Shown: positions 31,033 to 39,863 of the stretch, in pieces
Layout: each line of letters begins with the position of its first letter
Position numbering within the stretch: the first letter of the stretch is position 1
NCBI GenBank assembly: GCA_963706325.1
Contig: CAVPLT010000006.1
Location: 64,001 to 128,000, forward strand
DNA: 64,000 nt
From: an uncultured Nitrospiraceae bacterium
GTDB taxonomy: Bacteria > Nitrospirota > Nitrospiria > Nitrospirales > Nitrospiraceae
Reading direction: 5' to 3'
Notes under the pieces: generated by a model
Databases searched by the model: none
What the model was told of the DNA's origin: nothing
Seen by the model: only the letters and a program-made list of their open reading frames with translations
Translations under genes and position numbers: made by a program

Positions 31033-32876
31033 CAGTATCTCACGTCTCCGACAGGCCACGGATCGGCCGACCATTGAACGTCATCGTCGCCACCGACTGC
31101 GGCAGCACCACGACAAAGGCCATCTTGATCGAAAAGGTCGGAGACGAGTATCGCCAAACCTATCGGGGCGAAGCGCCGACGACTGTCGAAGCGCCGTTCG
31201 AAGATGTCACCCGCGGTGTGCTCAACGCCATCGCTGAAATCGAGGAGCTGTCCGGACGGACTATTCTGGATGGCGACCACATCATCACCCCCAATAAGGC
31301 GGCGCAGGGCGAGCCGAACACCGGCGTGGACATCTACGTCTCCACCAGCAGCGCCGGCGGGGGGCTGCAGATGATGGTCACCGGTGTGGTGCAAAACATG
31401 ACGGGTGAAAGCGCCCAACGAGCCGCGCTAGGCGCAGGCGCGATCGTCATCGACGTGCTGGCCTCCAACGATGGACGGCTGCCCTACGAAAAAATCGAAC
31501 GGATTCGCACCATGCGGCCCGACATGATCTTGATGTCCGGTGGAACCGACGGAGGCGCCGTGACCCATGTGGTGGAAATGGCGGAATACATTTCGGCCGC
31601 GGAGCCGCGACCACGCTTCGGCAGCACCTACCGCCTCCCCCTCGTGTTTGCCGGAAACAAAGACGCCCGACCGCAAATCAAAACGATTCTGGGCGAGAAG
31701 ACCGCGTTGGAATTCGCGGACAACATCAGGCCGGTGCTCGAGCGAGAAAATCTGACGCCCGCGCGCAACAAGATTCACGATCTATTTCTCGAACACGTCA
31801 TGCAGCAGGCGCCGGGTTACAAAAAACTCATCGATATGGCCGGTGCGCCCATCATGCCGACCCCGGCGGCGGTCGGCGTCATCATGGAGAAGATCGCCAA
31901 ACGCGAAGGCATCAACCTGATCGGCGTCGACATCGGCGGCGCCACCACCGACGTCTTCTCGGTCTTCAACGGTATGTTCAACCGCACGGTGAGCGCCAAC
32001 CTCGGCATGTCTTACAGCATCTCCAACGTGCTGGCGGAAGCCGGCCTCGACAACATCATGCGCTGGGTGCCCTTCACGATCGATGAACAAACGCTGCGCA
32101 ATCGGATCAAGAACAAGATGGTGCGGCCCACGACCATCCCGCAATCCCTCGACGAACTGCAAATCGAGCAGGCCATCGCGCGCGAGGCCTTGCGGTTGGC
32201 GTTGATTCACCATACCTCTCTCGCTACGGGGCTCAAAGGCGTCCAGCAGGAGCGCACCATTTCCGATGTGTTCGAACAGCGCACGTCCGGCAAGACCCTC
32301 ATCGACATGTTGAAATTGGATCTGATCGTCGGCAGCGGCGGCATCTTGTCGCATGCGCCGCGCCGCATTCAATCCATGCTGATGATGGTCGACGCCTATG
32401 AGCCGCTCGGCGTCACGACGCTGTCGGTCGACAGCATTTTCATGATGCCCCATCTGGGCGTCCTCTCCACCGTCAATGAACAGGCCGCCACCGACGTCTT
32501 CGTGCGCGATTGCATGGTCTACCTGGGTACCTGCATCGCCCCGATCGGACAGGGCAGGGACGGAGAGCGCTGTACGGACTATGAAATCGCGCTGCCCGAC
32601 GGACGCATCGAGAAAGGGACACTGAACTTCGGCGACCTCAAGCTATTTACTCTGACTCGAGAACAGCAGGCTCAGGTCACGCTTCAACCGATCAAACAGA
32701 TTGATCTGGGCAAGGGTCCCGGGCAATCCTTGACCAGGACCGTCCAGGGCGGCGTCGTCGGCCTGATGCTCGACGGGCGGGGTCGTCCGCTGCAAATTCC
32801 GAGCGATCAGGCGGCGCGAGCTGCAACCCTCATGCGATGGTACAAGGCGGTCGGATTGTATCCCACTGGGAGATGA
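31029..32876 (+). CDS. GlmL/MutL (glutamate mutase accessory)-like actin-fold ATPase
   Basis: TDCGSTTTK, SSAGGGL, SGGTDGG, VDIGGATTDVFS, GSGGILSH motifs. Confidence 0.85.
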   Translation: MTVSHVSDRPRIGRPLNVIVATDCGSTTTKAILIEKVGDEYRQTYRGEAPTTVEAPFEDVTRGVLNAIAEIEELSGRTILDGDHIITPNKAAQGEPNTGVDIYVSTSSAGGGLQMMVTGVVQNMTGESAQRAALGAGAIVIDVLASNDGRLPYEKIERIRTMRPDMILMSGGTDGGAVTHVVEMAEYISAAEPRPRFGSTYRLPLVFAGNKDARPQIKTILGEKTALEFADNIRPVLERENLTPARNKIHDLFLEHVMQQAPGYKKLIDMAGAPIMPTPAAVGVIMEKIAKREGINLIGVDIGGATTDVFSVFNGMFNRTVSANLGMSYSISNVLAEAGLDNIMRWVPFTIDEQTLRNRIKNKMVRPTTIPQSLDELQIEQAIAREALRLALIHHTSLATGLKGVQQERTISDVFEQRTSGKTLIDMLKLDLIVGSGGILSHAPRRIQSMLMMVDAYEPLGVTTLSVDSIFMMPHLGVLSTVNEQAATDVFVRDCMVYLGTCIAPIGQGRDGERCTDYEIALPDGRIEKGTLNFGDLKLFTLTREQQAQVTLQPIKQIDLGKGPGQSLTRTVQGGVVGLMLDGRGRPLQIPSDQAARAATLMRWYKAVGLYPTGR

Positions 32877-32910
32877 TGGGTTGCGGGTGGTAGATGTTCG
32901 TCATTTTGGA

Positions 32911-33029
32911 GGTGACTCAAAACTCTGTGCAGCGAGGCCGCAAGAGGCGAGAGTCCCGGGTCGTATCCTTGGCGGTACGGAAGGAACTTGAGCAACTGAG
33001 AACGAAGCTGCAGGGCGTTTTCAGCAATC
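32911..33029 (-). repeat. Hairpin repeat element, copy H (degenerate)
   Basis: Reverse-complemented core motifs GGCCGCA, CGTA..GTACG, GAGAACGAAG; ends CTCAAAAC / GTTTTCAG. Confidence 0.7.
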
Positions 33030-33037
33030 GGTGATTT

Positions 33038-34165
33038 ATGGCACATTCCTATACGCCCGGCCTCACGGTCGCCGAACGGACCACCGTTCGGCGTAGACGC
33101 ATCTTGCCCTTACCCGGAACGGTCCTGGTGAAGGTGGGGGACATGGTGCATGCGGATACGGTCGTCGCGCGCGCAGAATTACCCGGCAAGGTCATTCCGC
33201 TGAACCTCGCCAACCAGCTGGGCATTTCCCCGGACGAGATCAAGGACTACCTCATCAAGAAAGAACAAGACGCCGTACAAAAAGACGACGTGCTCGCCGA
33301 AAACAAACCCTTCATCAAATGGTTTAAGACTGAAGTCCGCTCGCCGATCACGGGTAGGGTGGAATCGATTTCTACCATTACCGGTCAGATCCTGCTACGG
33401 GAGCCTCCCAGGGTGCTTGAACTTCGCGGCTATATCGACGGCACTATTGCCGAGGTGCAGCCGGAGCAGGGCGTCACCGTTGAGGTTGGTTGTAGCTTGG
33501 TGCAAGGCATTTTCGGCATAGGCGGAGAGGTCAGCGGTGAATTAATCATGGGGGTGACGGCCCCGGACCAACCCTTACTGCCAGAGCAGCTGACACCATC
33601 CATGAAGGGAAAGATTGTGGTTGGAGGGGCTTTTCTGTCTGCCGCGACACTCGCACGCGCCAAAGAGATTGAGGTCGCCGGCTTGGTCGTTGGCGGCATT
33701 CACGACAAAGACCTGCGAACACTCCTCGGGTATGACCTTGGCGTAGCCATTACCGGCGCGGAGCAGGTAGGATTTACCTTGATTCTCACAGAAGGCTTCG
33801 GGACCATCCCGATGGCTCCCAAAACCTTTTCCTTGCTGTCTGCCCATGCTGGACACAAAGCGTCTATTTCAGGCGCCACCCAAATCCGCGCCGGCGTCAT
33901 TCGCCCGGAGATCATCATTCCTCAGACCTCACAGTCCGCCGGCTCCAGACCGGATCCTGTCGAACGCGAGGGGATTCAACTCGGTGATCCGGTGCGAATC
34001 ATTCGCGATCCACTGTTCGGCAAAATCGGAGCCGTGTCCGGCTTGCCACCGGAACTCAGAGCGATCCCGACCGAGAGCGAAGTCCGAGTCCTCGAAGTGC
34101 GTTTTCCCGATGGGACAAAGACCGTGGTCCCCCGCACCAACATCGAAGTGATCGAAGGAGCCTGA
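33038..34165 (+). CDS. Hypothetical protein with barrel-sandwich-hybrid-like N-terminus, swivel-like core and KOW-like C-terminus
   Basis: LVKVGDMV...VVA, EVRSPITGRVESI, GKIVVGG...GLVVGGI, GDPVRIIRDP.FGKIG.V. Confidence 0.8.
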   Translation: MAHSYTPGLTVAERTTVRRRRILPLPGTVLVKVGDMVHADTVVARAELPGKVIPLNLANQLGISPDEIKDYLIKKEQDAVQKDDVLAENKPFIKWFKTEVRSPITGRVESISTITGQILLREPPRVLELRGYIDGTIAEVQPEQGVTVEVGCSLVQGIFGIGGEVSGELIMGVTAPDQPLLPEQLTPSMKGKIVVGGAFLSAATLARAKEIEVAGLVVGGIHDKDLRTLLGYDLGVAITGAEQVGFTLILTEGFGTIPMAPKTFSLLSAHAGHKASISGATQIRAGVIRPEIIIPQTSQSAGSRPDPVEREGIQLGDPVRIIRDPLFGKIGAVSGLPPELRAIPTESEVRVLEVRFPDGTKTVVPRTNIEVIEGA

Positions 34166-34170
34166 GCCGC

Positions 34171-35418
34171 ATGCCCTCTCTTCTGCGCATGGCGCTTGTC
34201 CTCACCGCTCTATTGACACTTGCGCCGCGGCTCCTTTGTGCCCAGGCAATCCTGCCCCCTCCGCAACAGCTACAGGTATTCGATACGCCCAGCGACGGGG
34301 GAGGCAGCCTCACCGCCACCTGGGCTGCTATTCCTTCCGAGAGTGCCACGGACAAATATCAGGTGTTGATGCACGAAGGAGGAGCGCCTCCAGCCCCCAC
34401 GGGATGGAAGGTGGTCGCCGAATTTCCCGCCAACAGTCACTACGTCCGCGAAACGAAGGCCGCTTGGTGGACGAGGCCAGGGACGCCGGGCGATCACGTC
34501 TATCTTATCAAGCACGGCAAGGGCATCGAATTAAAGCCGGGCCAGTCATATGCCGTGACCGTAGCGGCTGTGACCGGTCAGGAGCGGTCTATCGCCCAGC
34601 CGGTCCTAGCATCGACGGAACCGAACTGGATGAATTGGAATCAACTGAACAATCTCATGCTGGCACTCCTGTTCGGCGGGGTAGTGTTTTACGCCATCAA
34701 TCTAGCGAAACGAAAAGACATCTTTCTGCGACGCATTCCCGGCCTCGATGCCGTCGATGAAGCGATCGGTCGCGCCACGGAATTGGGCAAACCGGTGCTC
34801 TACATGACCGGGGCGCACGATATGAACGACCCCGCAACGATTGCTGCCGCGATCATTCTGGGCCGCGTGGCCAAAAAGGCCGCCTCCTACGAAACGGAAT
34901 TGCTGGTCCCGCATCGCGAACCCATCACCATGGCCGTCTGTCAGGAGATTACGAAGCAAGCCTATATGGAAGCGGGCAAGCCGGATCTGTTCAAGGACGA
35001 CGCCAACTTTTTCATTACCAGCGACCAATTCAGTTACACCGCCGCCGTGGACGGGATCATGCTCCGCCGAAAACCGGCGGCGAATTTTTTCATGGGCTCG
35101 TACTTTGCGGAATCGCTTTTACTGACTGAAACCGGCGCGAGCACGGGGGCCATTCAAATCGCGGGAACCGACTCCGACCATCAGCTCCCGTTCTTCGTCA
35201 CCACCTGCGACTACACCCTCATCGGCGAAGAGCTCTATGCCGCCAGCGCCTATCTCTCGAAAGAGCCGATCCAGGTCGGCACCCTGCGCGGACAAGACCT
35301 TGGCAAGGCCTTCATCCTAGGCGTCATCGGCGTAGGGACAGTAGTCGCCACCATCGCCGTCGTCACCGGCGCCGCCTGGCCGCAACTTCTCCTCGACCTC
35401 TTCAAGGATCTGAAATGA
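34171..35418 (+). CDS. Membrane protein with Fn3-like N-domain and DUF6754-like domain
   Basis: Signal peptide, DTPSDGGGSL.ATW, LKPGQSY.VTV, TM helix, RRIPGLDAVDEAIGRATE.GKP, DYTLIGEELYAASAY, C-terminal TM. Confidence 0.8.
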   Translation: MPSLLRMALVLTALLTLAPRLLCAQAILPPPQQLQVFDTPSDGGGSLTATWAAIPSESATDKYQVLMHEGGAPPAPTGWKVVAEFPANSHYVRETKAAWWTRPGTPGDHVYLIKHGKGIELKPGQSYAVTVAAVTGQERSIAQPVLASTEPNWMNWNQLNNLMLALLFGGVVFYAINLAKRKDIFLRRIPGLDAVDEAIGRATELGKPVLYMTGAHDMNDPATIAAAIILGRVAKKAASYETELLVPHREPITMAVCQEITKQAYMEAGKPDLFKDDANFFITSDQFSYTAAVDGIMLRRKPAANFFMGSYFAESLLLTETGASTGAIQIAGTDSDHQLPFFVTTCDYTLIGEELYAASAYLSKEPIQVGTLRGQDLGKAFILGVIGVGTVVATIAVVTGAAWPQLLLDLFKDLK

Positions 35419-36065
35419 TTTTTCTTCGCCGGCAGTTGCCGCTGCTCATTACGATGGTGACCGGATTAGTCATGGCCGCGCAATACTACGTGCCCCACCC
35501 GGCTTCAGAGCAACTCCTCACCACCGTCACCAAATGGCTCCAGATCATCGGTGGGTTCGCGCTCGTTCTTGGCATTACCAGCCTGTTCCATGTGCATGCC
35601 GCGAAAATCCGGCGCAAGGAAGCGGGCTGGGGGTACAGCCTGGTGCTCTATGCCGGCATGCTCGGCACCACCGTGGTGGGGCTTTGGAACGGCGGGAAAG
35701 AAAGTATCGAGGGAGCCATGACGTCGTTCGGCTGGGTCTACTCCTATACCCTCGTGCCGCTGCAAGGCACCATGTTCGCCATTCTGGCGTTCTTCATCGC
35801 CTCTGCGGCTTATCGCTCGTTTCGCGCCCGCAGCCGGGAAGCCGCCGTGTTATTGATCGCCGCGGTGATCGTCATGATGGGCCGGGTTCCGCTGGGTGAA
35901 TACCTCCTGCCCATCAGCGGCGACTTATCGAGTTGGATTTTGAATGTGTTGAACGCGTCCGTCCGGCGCGCCATTTTGATCGGAGTCAGCCTGGGGGCCG
36001 TGGCCCTCTCGTTCAAGATCATCTTCGGCGTGGAACGGTCGTACCTGGGCGGCGGCAAGGAATAG
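35415..36065 (+). CDS. Polytopic membrane protein
   Basis: About six hydrophobic segments; FFIASAAYRSFR; ATGA overlap with the upstream gene. Confidence 0.85.
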   Translation: MIFLRRQLPLLITMVTGLVMAAQYYVPHPASEQLLTTVTKWLQIIGGFALVLGITSLFHVHAAKIRRKEAGWGYSLVLYAGMLGTTVVGLWNGGKESIEGAMTSFGWVYSYTLVPLQGTMFAILAFFIASAAYRSFRARSREAAVLLIAAVIVMMGRVPLGEYLLPISGDLSSWILNVLNASVRRAILIGVSLGAVALSFKIIFGVERSYLGGGKE

Positions 36066-36069
36066 TCCG

Positions 36070-36915
36070 ATGAGTTTCGCTGAGCGCATGTTACGGATCG
36101 ACCGGCGGATCATCTTTCTGGTGATCGGGCTTTGCACGCTGTTCCCCCTGTTATTTCCGGTGGGATTGCCCATCCGGATTTCATCTGAGGTTCGGGGCGT
36201 CTACGACTACATCGACAATTTGCCTGAAGGGTCCGTCTTTCTACTGTCCCTGGATTTCGACCCAGCCTCGAAACCTGAGCTTTATCCCCAGGCCATCGCG
36301 ATTTTACGCCATGCTTTCCACAAGAACTTGCGAGTCGTCGCCATGACGCTGTGGGTATCCGGAACTGGGCTGGCCGACCAGATCGTGTCCCAAACCGCCA
36401 AGGAGGCAGGCAAGGAAAACGGCAAGGACTACGTATTCCTGGGCTGGAGCCCAGGCGGCAGCGCCGTTATTTTGAATATGGGGCAAGACTTGTACAATGC
36501 GTTCCCAACCGACTATGGGAACAGGTCCACGAAAGGCCTTCCCGTCCTGGCCGGCGTGCAGAGCCTACGGGATGTGACCTATGCCGTGAGTCTCGGCGCG
36601 GGCAATCCAGGAGTCGAAGCCTGGTACGTCTTCGGCAAGGACAAGTATAAGTTCGAACTTGGCGGCGGCTGTACCGGCGTCATGGCGCCTGGCCTCTATC
36701 CGTTGTTGCGGAGCGGGCAGATCAACGGACTGATCGGCGGCCTGCGCGGGGCGGCAGAGTATGAAACGCTCATTGGCCAGAAGGGCAAGGCCGTCGCCGG
36801 AATGGACGCCCAATCGGCCACCCACCTCGCCATTATCGTGCTCGTGACGATTTGCAATATTTTTTACTTTACGGTGCGGCGGCAACAGCGCCGGCAGGAA
36901 CAGATGGGATCGTAG
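36070..36915 (+). CDS. Membrane protein with central soluble domain
   Basis: N- and C-terminal TMs; DFDPASKPEL.PQ, GKDYVFLG, GLIGGLRGAAEYE. Confidence 0.85.
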   Translation: MSFAERMLRIDRRIIFLVIGLCTLFPLLFPVGLPIRISSEVRGVYDYIDNLPEGSVFLLSLDFDPASKPELYPQAIAILRHAFHKNLRVVAMTLWVSGTGLADQIVSQTAKEAGKENGKDYVFLGWSPGGSAVILNMGQDLYNAFPTDYGNRSTKGLPVLAGVQSLRDVTYAVSLGAGNPGVEAWYVFGKDKYKFELGGGCTGVMAPGLYPLLRSGQINGLIGGLRGAAEYETLIGQKGKAVAGMDAQSATHLAIIVLVTICNIFYFTVRRQQRRQEQMGS

Positions 36916-36920
36916 GCGCT

Positions 36921-37676
36921 ATGGATCTTCCGTTTGAAGTCATACTCGGCGGGTGGCTCGCCACAGGATTGACTCTCTTCATCCTGTCGTTCCTGTATGA
37001 GGACAATCCGTTGTTTAAACTCGCCGAGCATCTATACGTCGGCGTCTCGCTAGGCTACACGATCGTCAAAACCTATGACACGGTTGTCATGACCCTGATC
37101 CTGCGTCCCATCCTCGACAAGGGAGAATGGTCGTTGCTGATTCCTGTCGCCATCGGTACCCTGATGTTGACGCGATATGTCCCCAAAGCCGCCTGGCTCT
37201 CGCGTTATGCCTTTTCCTTCATTGTCGGCGTCGGAGCAGGGCTGGCGATTCCCCGGACGATCTCCTCGTTCATTTTGAAACAAATTGAGGATACGGTTCG
37301 TCCGCTGCTGACCATTGTGCCGGGGGAGGGCGTCACCTTCACCTATTCACTGCTGAACCCTGCCAGCAATTTGAATGGAATCATCATCCTGATCGGCGTG
37401 GTGTCGGTTCTCTTCTACTTCTTTTTCTCGGTTGAACATTCCGGCCCAGGGAAAATGGTCGCACGGGCGGGGATCGTGTTTTTGATGATCTCGTTCGGAG
37501 CGGCCTTCGGCTACACCGTCATGGCCCGCATGTCCCTCCTGATCGGCCGGCTCACGGACCTGATTGAATTCTCCGACGCCTCCTACAGCCGTCCCACGCT
37601 CTGGCTCACGCTGCTCACCATCGCCACACTGTTTCTATTGAGCCGACGCGGCGGCGCCCATCCGCCGGAACGCTAG
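36921..37676 (+). CDS. Polytopic membrane protein
   Basis: SFLYEDNPLFKLAEHLYVG, FGAAFGYTVMARMS; about seven hydrophobic segments. Confidence 0.85.
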   Translation: MDLPFEVILGGWLATGLTLFILSFLYEDNPLFKLAEHLYVGVSLGYTIVKTYDTVVMTLILRPILDKGEWSLLIPVAIGTLMLTRYVPKAAWLSRYAFSFIVGVGAGLAIPRTISSFILKQIEDTVRPLLTIVPGEGVTFTYSLLNPASNLNGIIILIGVVSVLFYFFFSVEHSGPGKMVARAGIVFLMISFGAAFGYTVMARMSLLIGRLTDLIEFSDASYSRPTLWLTLLTIATLFLLSRRGGAHPPER

Positions 37677-37721
37677 TCCAGCCTAGACCGCTGGCATGAA
37701 ACCCGTTTCCGGCAATGTCTT

Positions 37722-37887
37722 CGGAAGGTTCAAAATTTGGTCCGGCAAGGCCGCAGCGAATGTAGAACTGAGGCGTACCCTTCTTACCTCCCGTTCGCGC
37801 CTGCTGAGACAGGCTCTTTTCCGTGGCGGTACGTTGCGCCCTAATGACGGGTAAACAAAGCGGGGCGGCTTTTTCAATATCCTGTTA
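37722..37887 (-). repeat. Hairpin repeat element, copy G (long variant)
   Basis: GGCCGCAGCG, GAGGCGTAC...GTACGTTG; ends TTCAAAA / TTTTTCAA; insert matches copy B. Confidence 0.8.
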
Positions 37888-37891
37888 CCAG

Positions 37892-37921
37892 TTGCACAGC
37901 GGAAGTTGGCTTCGTTAGAAT
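37892..37921 (+). promoter_or_regulatory. Sigma70-type promoter candidate for amrB
   Basis: TTGCAC, 18 nt, TAGAAT; would imply a very short leader before ATG 37932. Confidence 0.4.
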
Positions 37922-37931
37922 GCCCCTCATT

Positions 37932-39182
37932 ATGGAATCAACCACGACCATCGCCGCCAAAGATCCCGCGCAGTATCCGCTGCTACGCAACCTTCAATTT
38001 TCACCGATCAAGGAAGGGGAAGAGCAGTACGTCGTGCTCTGGGACCCGACCGGCTTGAGCAAGGAACGACTGGTCCTGCCGTTGAATTATTTTTTCATCG
38101 TGCAGCATCTGGACGGCGAACATACCCTGCAGGACATCGGCGCCATCTATCTGAAACGGTTCGGCGAATTCCTCATGCCGAATAAAGTCGAGCAATTGCT
38201 CGCCGATCTGAATACCAAATTATTCTTGGAGGGGGAGCGGACCGAACAGGCCAAACAACAGGCCCTGGAGACCTATCGCCAAGCCCCTTCTAGGCCTCCT
38301 CAGTTTGCCGGCCGGAGTTATGAAGCCGACGCCGCCAAGCTTCGCGCCCAGATCAAGGGGTTCTTTACCTCGAAGGAAGGACCGGAGATCAAAGCGTCCG
38401 AACATGCGGGCAAACCCATCAAGGGCCTTGTCGCACCGACCTACGAACTCAAGCATGCGGGTCCGATCTATGCCTGGGCTTATAAGGAGCTGCAGGAAGC
38501 TCAGCAACCGGACCTGTACGTCCTTATCGGCACCGCCCATTCCGGGCTGGAACAATTGGTCACTGTGACCGACAAAGACTTCGAAACCCCCCTGGGAATC
38601 GTCAAGGTTGAACGAAGCATCACCGATCAGCTGCGCGAGCAGATTCCTTCCGCCTTCACCGAAGAACTGGCACACCAAAATGAACATGCATTGGAATTTC
38701 AGCTGCCATTCCTGCAGGAGAGCCTCGGCCAAGAGAAGCCCTTCACGATTGTCCCGATCCTTACCTCGTTTTCAGCGGATAGCCTGCGCGATCCGCAAAT
38801 CCGGGCACAGGTCGAGACGTTTCTTCAGACATTGAAAGAGGCGTTGTCCGCGTCCGGCAAACAATATTGCGTCCTCGTTGGAGCGGAACTGGCCCATATC
38901 GGTATGCGCTACGGCGATTCGGCTCCCCCGACCGATTTTTCGTTTCACCGTTGCATGCAAACCGATCTCGAAATGCTCAAACATGTCGAGAACCGCGACC
39001 CGGAAGAATTCGCCAAATTCATTCAAAAAGAAAGCGATCAGCGTCGTATCTCCGGCTTCTCACCGATCTACTCGTTGCTGCGTTTGATTCAGGCCGAAAC
39101 CGGGCAGGTGTTACGTTACGACCGCGGCATTACCGATCAGTACAATTCGACGGTGACATATGCCAGCATGGCCTTCTTCTGA
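37932..39182 (+). CDS. amrB: AmmeMemoRadiSam protein B (MEMO1 family) with N-terminal extension
   Basis: R.P.FAG.SY, IGTAH, FETPLG, EHALEFQLPFLQ, IVPIL, ELAH.G.RYGD, VTYASM. Confidence 0.88.
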   Translation: MESTTTIAAKDPAQYPLLRNLQFSPIKEGEEQYVVLWDPTGLSKERLVLPLNYFFIVQHLDGEHTLQDIGAIYLKRFGEFLMPNKVEQLLADLNTKLFLEGERTEQAKQQALETYRQAPSRPPQFAGRSYEADAAKLRAQIKGFFTSKEGPEIKASEHAGKPIKGLVAPTYELKHAGPIYAWAYKELQEAQQPDLYVLIGTAHSGLEQLVTVTDKDFETPLGIVKVERSITDQLREQIPSAFTEELAHQNEHALEFQLPFLQESLGQEKPFTIVPILTSFSADSLRDPQIRAQVETFLQTLKEALSASGKQYCVLVGAELAHIGMRYGDSAPPTDFSFHRCMQTDLEMLKHVENRDPEEFAKFIQKESDQRRISGFSPIYSLLRLIQAETGQVLRYDRGITDQYNSTVTYASMAFF

Positions 39183-39183
39183 A

Positions 39184-39307
39184 CAGAACGGTGAAAACGA
39201 CCGCCACCGTCGTTCTCGCGTCACTCAGCTCGCTCAACGTAGCGCAAGGCTACGCCTCGCTCCTTCGCTAGCTACGGCCTAGGTGGACAGTCGTTTTGAC
39301 CGTTCTG
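39184..39307 (+). repeat. Hairpin repeat element, copy A
   Basis: Terminal IR CAGAACGGTGAAAACGAC / GTCGTTTTGACCGTTCTG (17 of 18); core CGTTCTCG, CTCAACGTAGC..GCTACGCCTCG, CGGCCT. Confidence 0.9.
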
Positions 39308-39310
39308 CGG

Positions 39311-39482
39311 GTAGCCTGCTGAAACAAGTTCCCAACCTCGTTCTTCCCTCGAAACCATCTTCAACGTAGCCCCATGGGAAAAGAGCCTGTCCCGGCAGGC
39401 TCAGGGTCAGTGGGTAAGAATGTCACGCTTCCGGTGGTGTCGTCGGCTGCGGCCTCCTTGGACGCCTGTTTGAGCAGCCTAC
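39311..39482 (+). repeat. Hairpin repeat element, copy B (long variant)
   Basis: Ends GTAGCCTGCTGAAACA / TGTTTGAGCAGCCTAC; core CGTTCT, TCAACGTAG, GCTGCGGCCT. Confidence 0.85.
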
Positions 39483-39484
39483 AT

Positions 39485-39593
39485 ATGAAAGCCGGCGTCG
39501 TTCTCGCTTCGTTCAGAGCCTCAACGTACTAATCAGTACGCCTCGGCCCTTCACTCGCTGCGGCCTTGCCAAACGGTCGTTTTGATCGTCCGC
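39485..39593 (+). repeat. Hairpin repeat element, copy C (left end truncated)
   Basis: CGTTCTCG, CTCAACGTACT.AATC.AGTACGCCTCG, CGCTGCGGCCT; right end GTCGTTTTGATCGTCCGC. Confidence 0.85.
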
Positions 39594-39595
39594 AG

Positions 39596-39720
39596 GCAGG
39601 CTGTTGAAACAGCACCCACCTTCGTTCTCGACTCATCAAAATTCTCAACGTACCTCAAAGGGTACGCCTCCGGTTTTGTCTTCCCTGCGGCCTCGGTAGA
39701 CGGCTTTTTGAGCAGCCTGC
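39596..39720 (+). repeat. Hairpin repeat element, copy D
   Basis: Ends GCAGGCTGTTGAAA / TTTGAGCAGCCTGC; CGTTCTCG, CTCAACGTACC..GGTACGCCTC, CTGCGGCCT. Confidence 0.9.
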
Positions 39721-39863
39721 GCAAATCACCACAGACATTGCCGGCGTCGTTCGCTCCTCAACAAAACCATCGTTAGTCACTCTCATCTCGTCTCGTCAGA
39801 AGAACCTTCACAAAGTACATTTCACATCTTACGGTTGACCTCTCACGCTCCACCGGACATGTC

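Noticed and set aside
31029..32876. DNA mismatch repair MutL or a glutamate mutase operon
   Set aside because: Motifs are actin-like, not GHKL; no B12-binding or mutase catalytic subunit is present.
37683..39776. Short ORFs over the repeats (37683-37877, 39582-39776)
   Set aside because: They are translations of the hairpin elements, without SD or protein-like composition.
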